Notes under the pieces: model-generated | The model's database searches: none | What the model saw: the letters and a program-made list of their open reading frames with translations, nothing else | Told to the model about the DNA's origin: nothing | Shown: positions 12,556-25,529 of the stretch, in pieces | How positions within the stretch are numbered: position 1 is the stretch's first letter | Layout of the letters: each line of letters begins with the position of its first letter | NCBI RefSeq assembly: GCF_009914755.1 | Contig: NC_060929.1 | Length of the DNA: 64,000 bases | DNA from: the human T2T-CHM13v2.0 reference genome, Homo sapiens | Reading direction: 5' to 3' (one strand) | Translations under genes and position numbers: made by a program

Positions 12556-13899
12556 GCAAAAGTGAAAAAGACTGGAATCAAATTTTATTTTAAAAATAGT
12601 GAAAAATACTGTAAATATTGAGAAGGTGAGGGAAGGAAGGGAAGTAAGGATGGTATAAGAGAGTTGAACCAACATTTATCATAATAATGAGTCAAGTAGG
12701 TAATATTTAAAATTAATAAGTAAAGAAAAAGCAGTAAAAACATAGCATTTAGAAATATTTTTAATTAAAAGAACAGATGGCTAAAATGGTTTGAAACAAT
12801 TGCCATAAGAGGGAGAAACTGGGGAAGAAGGACAAGAGACAGCTGTTTTCTATTACAAGCCTTTCACTTCATTTTATTAATGATATGAATTAATTGCTTT
12901 CATAATTATTTTATAAAGGACATGACAAAAAAGGGCAGCATTTAACTTGATAATCAATTTTGAGTTGGTGAATTGTGCAATTGCAAGAAGTTAAAAAGGA
13001 AGAAAAATGTCTAACTGTTGTGAAAGTGTATGTAAAATATCATTATTTGCGGATGGCAGAATGCCTAGTTAAAACAAGAGTCACTGAAAATATTTTAGAT
13101 AAAGAGACATTTTTTAACTTACTGGTTAGTGTAATGTCTTGTTTAATAAATGTTTCTCTTCAGTGCAATAAAATTGTCGTCACTACTAGAAGTTCAGTGC
13201 TAAATTTGGCACTCAACTGTACTTCGTGATTAATATCCTAGAGCTTGCTCTTTTTAATTCTGAAAAACTAAATGACCATCCAGCTGTATCTGTTTTTTAA
13301 TATCCTTTTAATATTAAATTATCATAATATTATTGCTTTGAGATCCTTTGGTAAGGAAAACAAATGTTGTATCCTTTCATCCTGGATATTTTTTTTGTTT
13401 AGAAACACTTGCTGAGTAGACCAACAACAGTTCAGGCATACGCTATGCTCTGGTCAAAAGTCAAGGGCAGGTCACTAGAAATAGCTTTTAATATTCACTT
13501 CCTTCTATTCTGGAAAGGGAGAGTAGAAAGTGGTTTCCACCTGAGTTCAAGTCAACAAATCATACATTTGCCCATTCATCCATCCATGCATTTACTCATC
13601 CATTCATTCGAATTCTTACTGAGCTACAGTAAGCAGAGCAATGGAGATGCTATCAGTAGGCTGTGTGAATAATAAATTTAGGGGACAGTTAGAGTACACT
13701 GCAGGAAGGACTAAGAGAGAGGTTTGCTAGTAGAGGCAGACCCAGAGTTAGCAGGGGTGGAAAGTGTTGGAGAGAGGGAGTGATAGTGATAGACAGGCAG
13801 GAAACAAGATGGATTGTATTGGTTGAATATAAATAATAGAATGGAGAGTTGAGCGACTGAGAAGGGGGGAAATGGCAAAGTATAGTGCTTTGGAGGAAC

Positions 13900-13902
<3 letters not shown>

Positions 13903-13939
<37 letters not shown>
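13903..13939. repeat. (AG)n microsatellite
   Basis: Uninterrupted AG run of about 18 units. Confidence 0.97.
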
Positions 13940-13943
<4 letters not shown>

Positions 13944-13959
13944 GACAGAGAGTTACTCA

Positions 13960-14322
13960 GCCTTCTTAACTTCAAATGGCCACAGGAGCCAGGCAGGTTA
14001 TATGAATGAGTGAAGTAGGCTGAATCCTGGGAAAGACAAGAGAGAGTAACTTAGACTATGGTTAACCTAGTAGAACATGCCCCACTGGAAAGGGCAACCT
14101 CTCCATAGCTTCTGTGATCGATGGTGGGCAGGACCTTGTGTCCCATATTTTCTGATTTTTCAAAGGAAATCCAGATTTGTATTGAGGTTTATACATATGA
14201 AATTATTGGTTAATTCAAATATTTTAAAATTATAAAAATTAAATCTACTGCATTCTTCCCCCAAACAACAACGATAAATCCATGACTAGTTTCAAAGCCA
14301 AAGCTATCAGTTTTGTATTCCT
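13960..14322 (+). mobile_element. MER102-like hAT element
   Basis: TTCAAATGGCCACAGGAGCCAGGCAGGTTATATGAATGAGTGAAG and TCTGATTTTTCAAAGGAAATCCAGA resemble MER102. Confidence 0.6.
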
Positions 14323-16513
14323 GATATAGCGGTTGAGTTCCTCGACCATATATTACCTTAAATAAATCACTTAAGTAATCTTAAGCCTCACTTTCCTTAT
14401 GTACAATAGTAACATTATTTAATTTCATTTATTTAAATCCCAAGATTTTTGTGAGAACTAAATTAGAAAATGTATGTACAGCTATACCCTATTTAAAGTT
14501 GCTGCTTTGCTATAAGGTTTGTGAGATATTTTTATTAAAATACTGCATATACATATAAATCATTATGGTATGCTACATATAATGAATTCATTGCAGCATT
14601 CTTTATACACATATGTATTTGTTCTTAGCCAATGAAAGCTCAAAAACAGACTGCATAGAGGTTATCCATCCAGATGTGTAATTTAGTGAGCTATTAGTTT
14701 CCCTTCTGTCATTTATTTTTGCATTCTAGCAAGCAGCATTGACCCATAAGATTGGGTAGGTGACAGTGATGGACCTCCCTAATCATGACTAGGGAAAAGT
14801 GTCAATCTGCAAGTGTCAATCTGAAATGCAAGTGTCACAGCAGCTCCAGAGACTCCAAGGAAATGACTGCAGCTCAGAGGTTACAAATGGGAGCTTCAAC
14901 CACAGGTTGATTGCAGACCTGGGACAGGATGAAGGACATTGCTGCAACACAAGAGGATCAACCAGAAATTGAATTAAGAAAAATTGGTAGAAACTGTGAT
15001 TAAAGACACATGATAGGCTCAAGGAATTTGAAAAGAATGGAACCACACTCAAAAATGAACAATGTTCAGAAGTATCTATGCCCCACAGATCTTTCTTTAT
15101 GAATTACTCAGCAATTCCATTTCCAGGAATTCTCACTTTGAGCTAAATGGGGTTTATGGTGAAGTTTTTGTATAGCAGCTGGCTGAAAATGTGACTTTTA
15201 TTATGATTGGCTTGGTCTGACTAGATTATAAGGTACATGGTGGTAAAATATGAGGCTGAAAAGGTGAGTGACCAGAGGCCAGGTCACAAAAGGTCTTGGA
15301 GGGTATGCTAGAGAATTTGGAATTTCTCCAAAGAGTTGGAGATGCACTGAAGGATTTTAAGCAAATATTAATCCCTCATGTTAAATACAGTATAGAGCAA
15401 ACAGTTTACTACTTACCCTCACACATGCAATGATTGACATAAAGCTGGAATATATTTAGTGGATTTTTCTGTTTTCTCCAGTGTGACAATGCATACACTG
15501 AGTACAATCTTTAGACTCTGCCTTTAATTAACAGCATATGTCTCTGGGAAGAAATAAAGTTTCAGTTCTATATGCTCTCCCCAGACAATGACACTGTTTC
15601 TGAACTTTGTACACTGACGGCTGCTCTAAGATAGCATAAGCAGAAGACAGGAATGGTAATATGGTTTGGATTTGTGTCCCTGCCCAAATTTCATGTTGAA
15701 TTGGAGGAGGAGCCTGGTGGGAGGTGATTGGATCATGGGGGCATTTTCGCCCTTGGTGTTCTTATGGTAGTGAGTGAGTTCTCTTGATATCTGATGGTTT
15801 AAAAGTGTGTGGCACTTGCCCCTTCACCCTCTCTCTCCTGCTCTGCAATGTGAAGAAGGTGCTTGCTCCCCCTTTGCCTTCTGCCATGACAGTAAGTTTC
15901 CTGATGTCCCCCCAGTCATGTTTCCTGTTAAGCCTGTGAAACTGTGAGTCAATTAAACGTCTTTTATTCATAAATTACCCAGTCTCAGGTAGTTCCTTAT
16001 AGCAGTGTGAGAACGGAATAATATAGAAAATTGGTATCAGGAGTGGGATATTGCTATAAAGATACCTACAAATGTGGAAGTGACTTTGGAACTGGATAAT
16101 GGGCAGAGATTGGAACAATTTGGAAGGCTCAGAAGAAAATAGGAAGATGTGGGAAAGTTTGGAACTTCCTAGGGACTTGTTAAGTGGTCTAGACCAAAAT
16201 GCTAATAGTGAGAGATATGGACAATGAAGTCCAGGTTGAGGTGGTCTCAGATGGAGGTGAGGAACTTGTAGGGAACTGAAGTAAAGGTCATACTTGCTAT
16301 CCTTTAGGAAATAGACTGGCAGCAATGTACCCCTGCCCTAGAGATTTGTGGAACTTTGAACTTGAGATAGATGATTTAGGACATCTGGCGGGAGAAATTT
16401 CTAAGCAGCAAAGCCTTCAAGGTGTGACCTGGCTGTTTGTAAAAGTGTACACTCAAATGCATGAGCAAAGAGATTATCTGAAACTGGAACTTACATTTAA
16501 AAGGGAAGCAGAG

Positions 16514-16806
16514 GGCCAGGCATGGTATCTCATGCCTGCAGTCCCAGCACTTTGGGAGGCCAAGGTGGGCAGATCACTTGAGGCCAGGAGTTTGAGAACA
16601 GCCTGGGCAAAATGGTGAAACTCTGTCTCTACTAAAAATTCAAAAATTAGCCAGGTATGGTGGTGTGTGCCTGTAGTCCCAGCTACTAGGGAGTCTGAGG
16701 CATGAGAATCACTTGAACCTGGGAGGCGGAAGTTGCAGTGAGCCAAGATTGTGCCACTGCCCTCCAACCTGTGTGACAGAGCAAGACTCCATCTCAAAAA
16801 TAAAAA
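16514..16806 (+). mobile_element. Alu (AluS-type)
   Basis: Full dimer GGCCAGGCATGG...GACTCCATCTCAAAAA inside MST-int. Confidence 0.95.
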
Positions 16807-16867
16807 GGTGTGTGTGGTAGGGGCACGGTGGGAGCACATCATAAAAGTTTGAAAAATTGGCAGCCCA

Positions 16868-17191
16868 GGCCGGTTGCAGTAGCTTAAACCTATAATCCCA
16901 GCACTTCGGGAGGCTGACGTGGTCGGATCATGAGGTCGGGAGTTTGAGACCAGCCTGGCCAACATGGTGAAACCCTGTCTCTACTAAAGATACAAAAAAT
17001 TAGCTGAGTGTGGTGGCACACACCCATAATCCCAGTTCCTCAGGAGGCTGGGGCAGGAGAATCCCTTGAATCCAGGAGGTGGAGGTTGCAGTGAGCCAAG
17101 ATTGTGCCACTGCACTCCAGCCTGGGTGACAAGGCAAGTCTCAAAAAAAAAAAAAAAAAAAAAAAATAGAAGAAGAAAAGAAAAAGAAAAA
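16868..17191 (+). mobile_element. Alu (AluSg/Sc-like)
   Basis: Full dimer with long A tail. TSD GAAAAATT(G/T)GCA(G/A)CC at ~16851 and ~17192. Confidence 0.95.
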
Positions 17192-18589
17192 GAAAAATTT
17201 GCAACCTGGCCATGCTGTAGAAAGGAAAAACCCATTAGAGCCCATTTTGGGGGGAGAAATTCAAGCCTGTTGCAGAAATTTGTATAAGTAAAGAGGAGCC
17301 AAATATTAATAGCCAAGATAATGGGAAAAATGTCTCCAGGGCCTTTCAAAGACCTTCAAGGCAACCCCTCCCATCACAGGCCCAGAGGCATAGGAAGATG
17401 TGGGAAAGTTTGGAACTTCCTAGAGACTTGTTAAATGGTTTTGACTAAAACACTGATAGTTACATGGACAATGAAATCCAGGCTGAGGTGGTCTCAGATG
17501 GAGATAAGGAACTTATTGGGAATTGGAGTAAAGGTCACTCTTGCTATGCTTTAGCAAAGAGACTGGCAGGTGGGAGTCCCCACTGGGTCACTGCCTAGTG
17601 GAGCTGTGAGAAGAGGGCCATCACCTTCCAGACCCCAGAATGGTAGATCCACTGACAACTTGCACCATGCACCTGGAAAAGCCACAAGCACTCAATACTA
17701 ACCTGTGAAAACAGCCGCCCTGGGCTGTACCCTGCAGAGCCACAGGGGTGGAGCCGTCCAAGGCCTTGGGAGCCCATCCCTTGCATCTGTGTGCCCTGAA
17801 TACGACACATGGAGTCAAAGGGGATTTTTATGGAGCTTTAAAATTTAGTGACTTGCCTGCTGGATTTCAGACTTGCATGGGGCCTGTAGCTCCTTTGTTT
17901 TGGCCAATTTCTTTCATTTGAAATGGGAGCATTTACCCAACGCCTGTACCCCTATTGTATTTTGGAAGAAACTAACTTACTTTTGATTTTACAGGCTCAT
18001 AGGTGGGAGGGACTTACTTTGTCTCAGATGAGACTTTGGACTGTGGACTTCTGAGTTAATGCTGAAATTAGTTAAGACTGGCAACTGTTGAAAAGGGTTA
18101 ATTGTATTTTGCAACGTGAGAAGGACATGAGATTTGGGAGAAGCAAGGGGTAGAATTATATTGTTTGGATTTGTGTCCCTGCACAAATCTCATGTCATAC
18201 TGAAGGAAGGACCTGGTAAGAGGTAACGGGATCATGAGGGCGATTTCCCCCTTGCTGTTCTTGTGATAGTGAGTTCTCAGGAGATCTGATGGTTTAAAAG
18301 TATGTGACACTTCCTCCTTCACTCTCTGTCTCTCCTGCTCTGCCATGTGAAGAAGGTGCTTGCTTTCCCTTCACCTTCTGCCTCTCCTGCTCTGCCATGT
18401 GAAGAAGGTGCTTGCTTCCCCTTCACCTTCTGCCATGATTGTAAATTTCCCAAGGCCTCCCAGTCATGCTTCCTGTTAAGCCTGCAGAACTATGAGTCAA
18501 TTAAACCTCTTTTTTTCATAAATTACCCAATCTTAGGTAGTTCTTTATAGCAGTGTGAGAACAGACTAAAACAAATGAAGAGACCTTAC

Positions 18590-18680
18590 TGGAAAAATGG
18601 CATCTCCGCAAACTTGAACCGCAATCTTAAGTGAATCAAAGGATACATTGGTTCTGTTTCTGGCTCCCTGAAAACAACAT
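18590..18680 (-). other. Candidate 91-nt exon of an unidentified minus-strand transcript
   Basis: Acceptor CTTTTTGCCTTCTCTTGGCTCTAACAG| and donor CCA|GTAAGG in non-repeat sequence. Motif evidence only. Confidence 0.3.
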
Positions 18681-19281
18681 CTGTTAGAGCCAAGAGAAGG
18701 CAAAAAGTAGGTGACAGGATCGCAGGATGCTGTATTTTGCTGATGGAAGTAGTTTCTGGGTAAGATCTAAGCCACAAATGCTACATAGTAAGCCACTAAA
18801 GGATGGCAGAGAAAAGGTTTTCTAATCCCTGGTGTGAAAAGGATCTCAGCAATTTTGCTTCATTACTTCTGGATGATGGTACAAAATTTAGTGGAGATGA
18901 AATGCTTTCATGAACTTAACTCCCTGGTAGTTTCTAAACTTCTTAGCTCCAGAATCACAAAGGGTACAGGAAACGAGCATTGACTGAATACCTGCTAAGC
19001 TTCTATCTACTGGGCATTTTTCTTACACTAAACTCAGAAAATTGCCTAGTCTTCTCCTATCCATCTCTTCCCTACACTGCCTCCAACCCCAAATAATCTG
19101 TCATTATCTCCCTAAGGCAGAAAGATTTTGAAAATGGCCAATGGCTAGATAGTTGCACAACAAGTATCATTTGTTTTGTTATTGTTGTTGTTGTTGACAC
19201 AAATTTAGAATCCCACTGTGGCCTTCTGCTTCCCCTGTTGGGGTGCTGTCCTATTTATATTTAACTCATGAAGCAACCCAC

Positions 19282-19403
19282 CTTTAATATGGTACAGAAC
19301 ATATAGTAGCTAACAAAAATCCAACTAGAAGAATAATAGATTAGACAGGGCTCTTGGACAAGGAACACCAGTCCCTTTTGCTTCAGAGTAATTGCAGGTG
19401 AAC
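19282..19403 (-). other. Candidate 122-nt exon of an unidentified minus-strand transcript
   Basis: Branch point TACTAAC (19432-19426), then TTTCCTAGGCTTCTTCCTGCAG| acceptor; donor AAG|GTGGGT. Motif evidence only. Confidence 0.35.
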
Positions 19404-19678
19404 CTGCAGGAAGAAGCCTAGGAAAGTTAGTATTTCCGCTACGCTAATAAAGATTTTAAAAAGTTTTCTCCCTTTGCATCTACTTTTTGTCATTGCTGGG
19501 TACCATGTGGCAAATAACGATTTATTAATATTCTTCCAGATAAAATGATCTCTGTACTCTATTAAGTCATCTAGCACCCCAAAAGGCCCATGACCACTGG
19601 GGTAGGTGTGTATTTCACTTATTTTTGTAACTTATTATTGACTTAAGGATTATTAAGACATACTGTCAAAAAGTGCTG

Positions 19679-20150
19679 TGTGGCAAAAGCTGATAATTAC
19701 CAATTTCATGCCCATTTTCCCTTCCTCCTTCAGAATAGAAACCTAGTTTTGTCAGGGATATCGGTGTGCACTGATACAAAATTACTTTTTTCAGCCTCAT
19801 TTTAAGATAGCAGTGGCCAGGTAACTAAGTTCTGGATAAGGCTTTCAGGAAGGGTAAGAGGCTCTTTTTTGTTTTTCCATATTTCCTCCCTCTTCCTGCC
19901 CGGAATAAAGACTTGATATCTGGAGCTACTTTGTCTGTCTTGCTCCTTGAAGTTGGAAGTCACATGTTAATGACGACAGAATAAAAAGATAGCAGTCTAG
20001 GACATAGGTGGTATCCTAGAACCACTTCTACAACTATAGAAAGTCAACCTACAGACTACCTGTATATGAGAAAAAACAAACCTTCATCTTGTTAAACCGT
20101 ATTGGTTCAAGCTTTCCTTATTAGCCCCCAAATGTATTTCCTAATTGCAT
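19679..20150 (+). mobile_element. LTR33-like ERVL solo LTR
   Basis: TGTGGCA...CCCATTTTCCCTTCCTCCTT...GTGGCCAGGTAACTAAGTTCTGG...AAACCTTCATCTTGTTAAACC. Confidence 0.7.
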
Positions 20151-21134
20151 CATTCTCTGTGTGGCTAAATAAGAACAGAACAAAAAATATTCAATCAAGG
20201 TATGAAAAAAAGAACAAAACATTTAAATTCTATGACTGTCAAGGAAGCGTTCATTAAGTGTGAGGAAGGGATTACTAGGTGGCGGTCATGGGAGAGCTAT
20301 GATGTCCAAGTTGGCTACAGGAGAAGGGTTTTTATAAAAGAAAACTCTAAGAATCCAAGATATTTTATCTGTGGTTTCAAACACTTCACCCTTTGTGCAA
20401 TTATAAAACTGCATTATTCATTAACATTGAATTTGTTTAGTCTGTAGGAGAAATGACTGATCATTGTAAAGTGTTTCTGGGATACTTTGGAATCTATTTA
20501 ATGAAAAATCAAATGAGACAGGATAACAAGTTTAAGTTCATTTGAGTCAACATCAATGCCAGTTACTCCAGAAGCAGGAAAAGAGACCAGCAGAGAGGAA
20601 GGTAATAGAAAGCTCTTGGCGCTGCTTTCCAAATTACCTCTAATCCACTAACGGGCTGGAGACATCTTACAAATGCTAATTAATTAAGCCCCCTACCAGT
20701 CAAATGATGACTGTAGGAAGACGCCTCTGTGATACAGGTCTGGACTTTAAGAGAACACAGGGGGCTAGTAATGGACATGTAGTTAAGCAGGCAGTTGTTG
20801 AAGTCCTGTAAGGTCAGTTAAGGCAGTGAGAAGCACTAACCAAAGAAGAGTACAGAATTGAGAACTTGGAGCAACGTGTGTAATCAGCAATGACCTCTTT
20901 GCCCTCTTCTCCACGCAGTTTTCCACTTCTACTTCAAGCTAAAATAAGCACATTGCACCCTAATCTGAGAATTCTTTGTCTTCAGAAACTCTTCTAAGTT
21001 TCACCTTTGTGTTCTTTCAATTGCTCATTAATAACACACACATTTGCTAGAAATTATCATCTCATGGTATTGTCCTGTTTTCATGCTTCCTAAATTGTGT
21101 TCTGCTGAATCACGTTACAGAGGACATTTGAATC

Positions 21135-22070
21135 AGCCACAATACTTTTGGCTGCAAATAAAAGAAAGTTCAACTCAAAGTGGCTTAAACTATAAAGGGA
21201 ATTTATTTTTTCTGGTTCACTTAACTGATGAGTTCAAAGGTATGTCAGCTTCAGGCACTGATTTAAGATTAGGGTACTCTGTTTCCCTGCATTTCTCTTG
21301 GTGCTATTCTCATCTGTTTGCTCTTTCCTCTGGCTGATTTCTATCAGTAACAAAATGCTACTTCATTTGGTGAGGTGTCTGGTGACACTGTTATATATCA
21401 GAGCATTCAAAGAGTTTCTTTGCTCAGATACCAAACAAATGCTTTGAGCTTCATCACTAATAGACAAAATTAGATTATGCACCCACTCTGGAAAAACATT
21501 TACTGACCCAAAGAATGGTGAATGAGTCAGTTTAGGCTAAGTGGTACTGGGATAGCAAATGACCCCAAACTGTCAGTGGCTTGCAAAGTAACAAAGGTTT
21601 ATTCTCATTCAACTTGCATGTTGGCAGCTGCAGATCAGCTGAGACTTGAGCCATCTCCTCTTCATTTTGAAACCCAAATTGAAGATGAAGTCACTGTCTA
21701 GGACATATTAATCTTGTAGCAGAAATAAACGAGTAATAGCAGAATTATATGGTGACTCTTAAAACTTCTGCTTGAAACTGGCACAGATAACTTCCACTCA
21801 CATTTTGTAGGGCAAAGAAAATCATTGCCTAAGCTTTTGTCAATGGGATGAAAAGTAAAATCTTTCTGGAAGAAAATCCAGATAGGATGAGTTTGAAATA
21901 TTTTGAACATAATGCAATCTACTGCAAATGCTATATGTTGATTGGCTTAAACTGGGTTGCTCATCCCTAAATCAGTTACCAGGTGAGGGAGATGGGATTA
22001 TTCCTTTGGGTTTATATCAATCAAGGTCTACTCCTCTAAGTGAGAATGAGATGAATCATACCTAAACCAC
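21135..22070 (-). mobile_element. Old MLT1 LTR (MLT1K/L-like) split by a nested MLT1I/J-like LTR at ~21523-21926
   Basis: CTTTTGGCTGCAAAT...CAACTCAAAGTGGCTTAAAC. Nested copy TCAGTTTAGGCTAAG...CAGTGGCTT...AAAGGTTTATT...AATCTACTGCA. Confidence 0.6.
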
Positions 22071-22449
22071 CTGGTCTAATTTACCTACCAATAGATAGGG
22101 CATATTGGATACACCTTTTAAACATAAGAAACCTGGAACTTATAGGATTGAGACTTCAATCCTTGAGACATCAATGCTTGAGACTTCAGAGCCAGAATTT
22201 AAAGCCAGGTCACTTAAATTTATAGCTAATTATTTCCATCGTACTAAAGACTTTGAAATTGGTACTACTATATCTAAAAACAATCTCCTTACCTGACTCA
22301 TTTGACCAACAAATTTAACATAGGTAAAGATCATATTGGAAATTTACTATTACTTTTGGACAATCACCATCTTTAAAATAATTAATAGGTCTCAAATTTG
22401 AAAAGCCACATCAATTGGAGAAAAAAAATTAGAAAATGGCATATTTCAT

Positions 22450-22990
22450 CTAGAAAAACAGGCATTCTCATACAATGCAGTATGGAATATATATTGTACA
22501 AACTTCCTTAAGGTCAGTTTGGCAGTACTGTATCACTCAAAGCAAAAGCCTTTAAATGTGCTCATAGATTCACCCAGTAATTCCACATCTAGGAATTTAT
22601 CTCATGCAAATAACCATGGATGAGTGGGAAAAAATAATAAAAATAAAAATAAACCACAAGGGTGTTCAATGAAACAAAAATTTAAACAATCTAAATATTC
22701 AAAACAATGGGATTTGTCAAGTAAACCAAGAAATATGCATTCAACAAAGTACTATATGCTATTAAAAAAGAACTTTACGCCTGGATAGTTAATTACATAG
22801 AAAGATTTTTAAAAATTGTTCTGGCAAATGTGAGTTAGTAAATGGTATATGCAATATGTTTCCTTTTATATATATGCAATAATAGAAGATTTGGGTTTTT
22901 TAAATTTTTGTTTATGTTTATACTCAAATTTTCTACATCAAATGTATATGACTTTAGATGTGTATGAATTTCATACTAAGAAAATAAACA
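22450..22990 (+). mobile_element. L1ME-type 3' end fragment
   Basis: CAGGCATTCTCATAC...CAGTTTGGCAGTA...CCCAGTAATTCCACATCTAGGAATTTATC. Confidence 0.65.
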
Positions 22991-25529
22991 ATAAAATTTT
23001 CTTTTTTAATGAGTCACCCTCCTAAAGCCAAGTGAAACAGATGAGATTACCAACTGCAGAAGTAATTAGCTCTAAGAATATGTTGCTGATTAGACTAGGA
23101 TGTCTCTCACATATGATAGAAGAGATTAAAATACAACCTAAGCAATCTATGATATGTAGTTTTGTGATAGCCCAACAAAACTGGTCTAGAAAAGTGGAAA
23201 ATTCTGATTTAAAATGATCAATATGACTTTCACCCTTGTCAGAGAGTGAGGCAGAATTTTACTTAGGCAAAAGATGGCCAAATATCCAAATGTTCCACTT
23301 TGGTGTTTAACAATACCAGGTTCCTTTTATTTTAATCCTGTACTGACCAAGCTATCTTCTGTCTGGATTTTTCTCTTTCATCAATAAGCAAAACCTCACG
23401 TCATGACACATGTTATTTGTCCTGACTGGTAGAATTCCTACTGAACCTGTCAAGGAAAGAATTCTGGTCTACAAGCCAGTTTTTGGGGAAATGTAATCAG
23501 TGTCATTATGTTTGTCAAGCTCATTTTCAATTAAGAATGAGGTAATCTCATCAAGTAGGGGACAGCCAACTGGCTTCTTTCTCTTTATTAACATTTCCAC
23601 TTTCTTCTATACTTATAAAATTTCCAGTGAAACTAGATATGTTGGCCAACGGTTGTAAAATTTCATTCTTGAGATCTTTAAAACCCATGGGTAGGTATTG
23701 CCTCTACTCAGTAATTTCATTAAAATGTTTGATTTAGTACTACAGAAAGGAAAATTAGACATGTGACTTTTCCATATTCTAACCATACTTCTACCTAGTA
23801 TTTCAGTGATAAATCTCCTTTACTAATGCCACAGTGCCTGGGCACATATTGCACAGCCACATTATTGTGCCTTTATTCAGACTCTTCCTTAAGTCTTGAA
23901 CCCTTCTCCTACCACATGTTAAAATCCTTCTCAACTACCAACTCCCAGATGGAAAAATAAGTTCTCTGGCCCATACCACTAAACCCTAGAACTCTGGATC
24001 ATATTAAGTAAGAATGTAAACTCAATACAAGCCTGTAGTTTATTTTGTTTATTTCTGTACATATATTGCTTATTTAAAAGTGTTTTTGTGTTAGTAGGAA
24101 ATGCAAATTGCAAGAATTAGTGTAATTGTCTTATTTCTAGTTTCTCTCCTCACTAGACTGAATGCTTATTGGAAACAGACAAGAACAGTGTTCATCAGAA
24201 TCTCTGATGGTATTGCACAACATGCATGTTTAGCTTTTTATGCTGATAGTTTTCAAACATATAACTAGTAGAGATAATGGCTGCAGCTCAAATAACTCAG
24301 TTTCTATTTTAACTGGCTTTTTCATATTCAACAACAAAAATTTTGAGCAATTCAAAAATGCACTTATGCATGAACCAAAGATAGAGTGATCTCATGATAT
24401 AAAATCAAATTTCTATCCTGAGTGTTACATCCCTCACTTAAAAGCTAAAAACTTTCAATGTTTTCAAGTCCAGGTCCTAATTTAATAGATAGAGTCAATT
24501 AAACCTCTCAAAATGTCACTTGGAGAATGGAATTCGCAAGATAACACTTCTTGCTGAAGCATAATACATCAGTATCAGAAATATAACTTGCACTAGTATT
24601 CAACATTTGTTTAAAAAATGCCATATTCTGAGGCTTTTCATTATGATAGCTGAGCTCGCTGCATTTTTTCCCCAAGAAAAGTAAAAAACGTGACAGAGAG
24701 AAGCACCCAGACTGTGCCAGGACATACTTACTCAAGAATGTCTTCTAAAAGAAAAGTGAAATGAATAGAAAAGTAAGTCTATGCCTCCAGATACCCCTAC
24801 ATCATGAAACCACAAAGCAATTCTGGCTCAAGACCACTCGTGAAGTATTTTGACATTTGCTCCTTCTCCGGAAAACAGAAAAGTATTTTTGAAGTTATAA
24901 TACACTTCTGCAGTTCAACAAGGAATAACAGAATCTCATAGTTGAAAATATCATGAACAATTTGACCTGGGGCCAGGAAGATAGGAAATGTAAGGCAGGA
25001 ATGGCCAATAAAGAGAAGCATCCTAGGCCCGGTGAGGAGTTGGTCCCCCAGAATTGGGCAGAAGGCTTGCAGCTAATTCAATCCAGCCTTGGCAGGCTCA
25101 GATAGCCAAGGACAGCATGAGCGTGTGCACAGCAGCTATTCTGCGTCATGAGAATGGTAGCATCACAGTCTCAAGTTGCTCTATTAAGTTTGAAGCACAA
25201 CTCCAGTAGGATCAAATAAGCCAAATGTATGAGGAATCAGGGTCACAGACAGATTAGAACTCACTGCCAGGCTCCGTATCTGGTAGAGTTGCAGTAACAA
25301 GCTCAGAAAAGCAAGGCACAAATGAAGTCCTGATGACTTGAAATTCATGACCCACGTGAACAAGAAATGCCCATTGACATTATTCACTTTGGCACAAGGT
25401 AGCAAAACCACTTACAGCCCACACAGCTGGTGAGGATGGAGTTCCTGTTACACTGAGAGGCTAGAACTGAGGCAGGTATTGGGAATAGATGTAGTTGTGA
25501 GCAAGTCCTAAAATCAGGGAAACCCAGAG

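Larger units (their letters stand above)
15657..18573 (+). mobile_element. MSTA-type MaLR provirus (LTR-internal-LTR) carrying two Alu insertions
   Basis: 5' LTR 15657-16025; internal region starts GAAAATTGGTATCAGGAGTGGG; purine tract precedes 3' LTR 18156-18573. TSD AATGG/AATGA. Confidence 0.92.

Noticed and set aside
12900-13400. Non-repeat AT-rich block that might be a conserved non-coding element
   Set aside because: Conservation cannot be judged from one sequence, and no diagnostic motif was seen.
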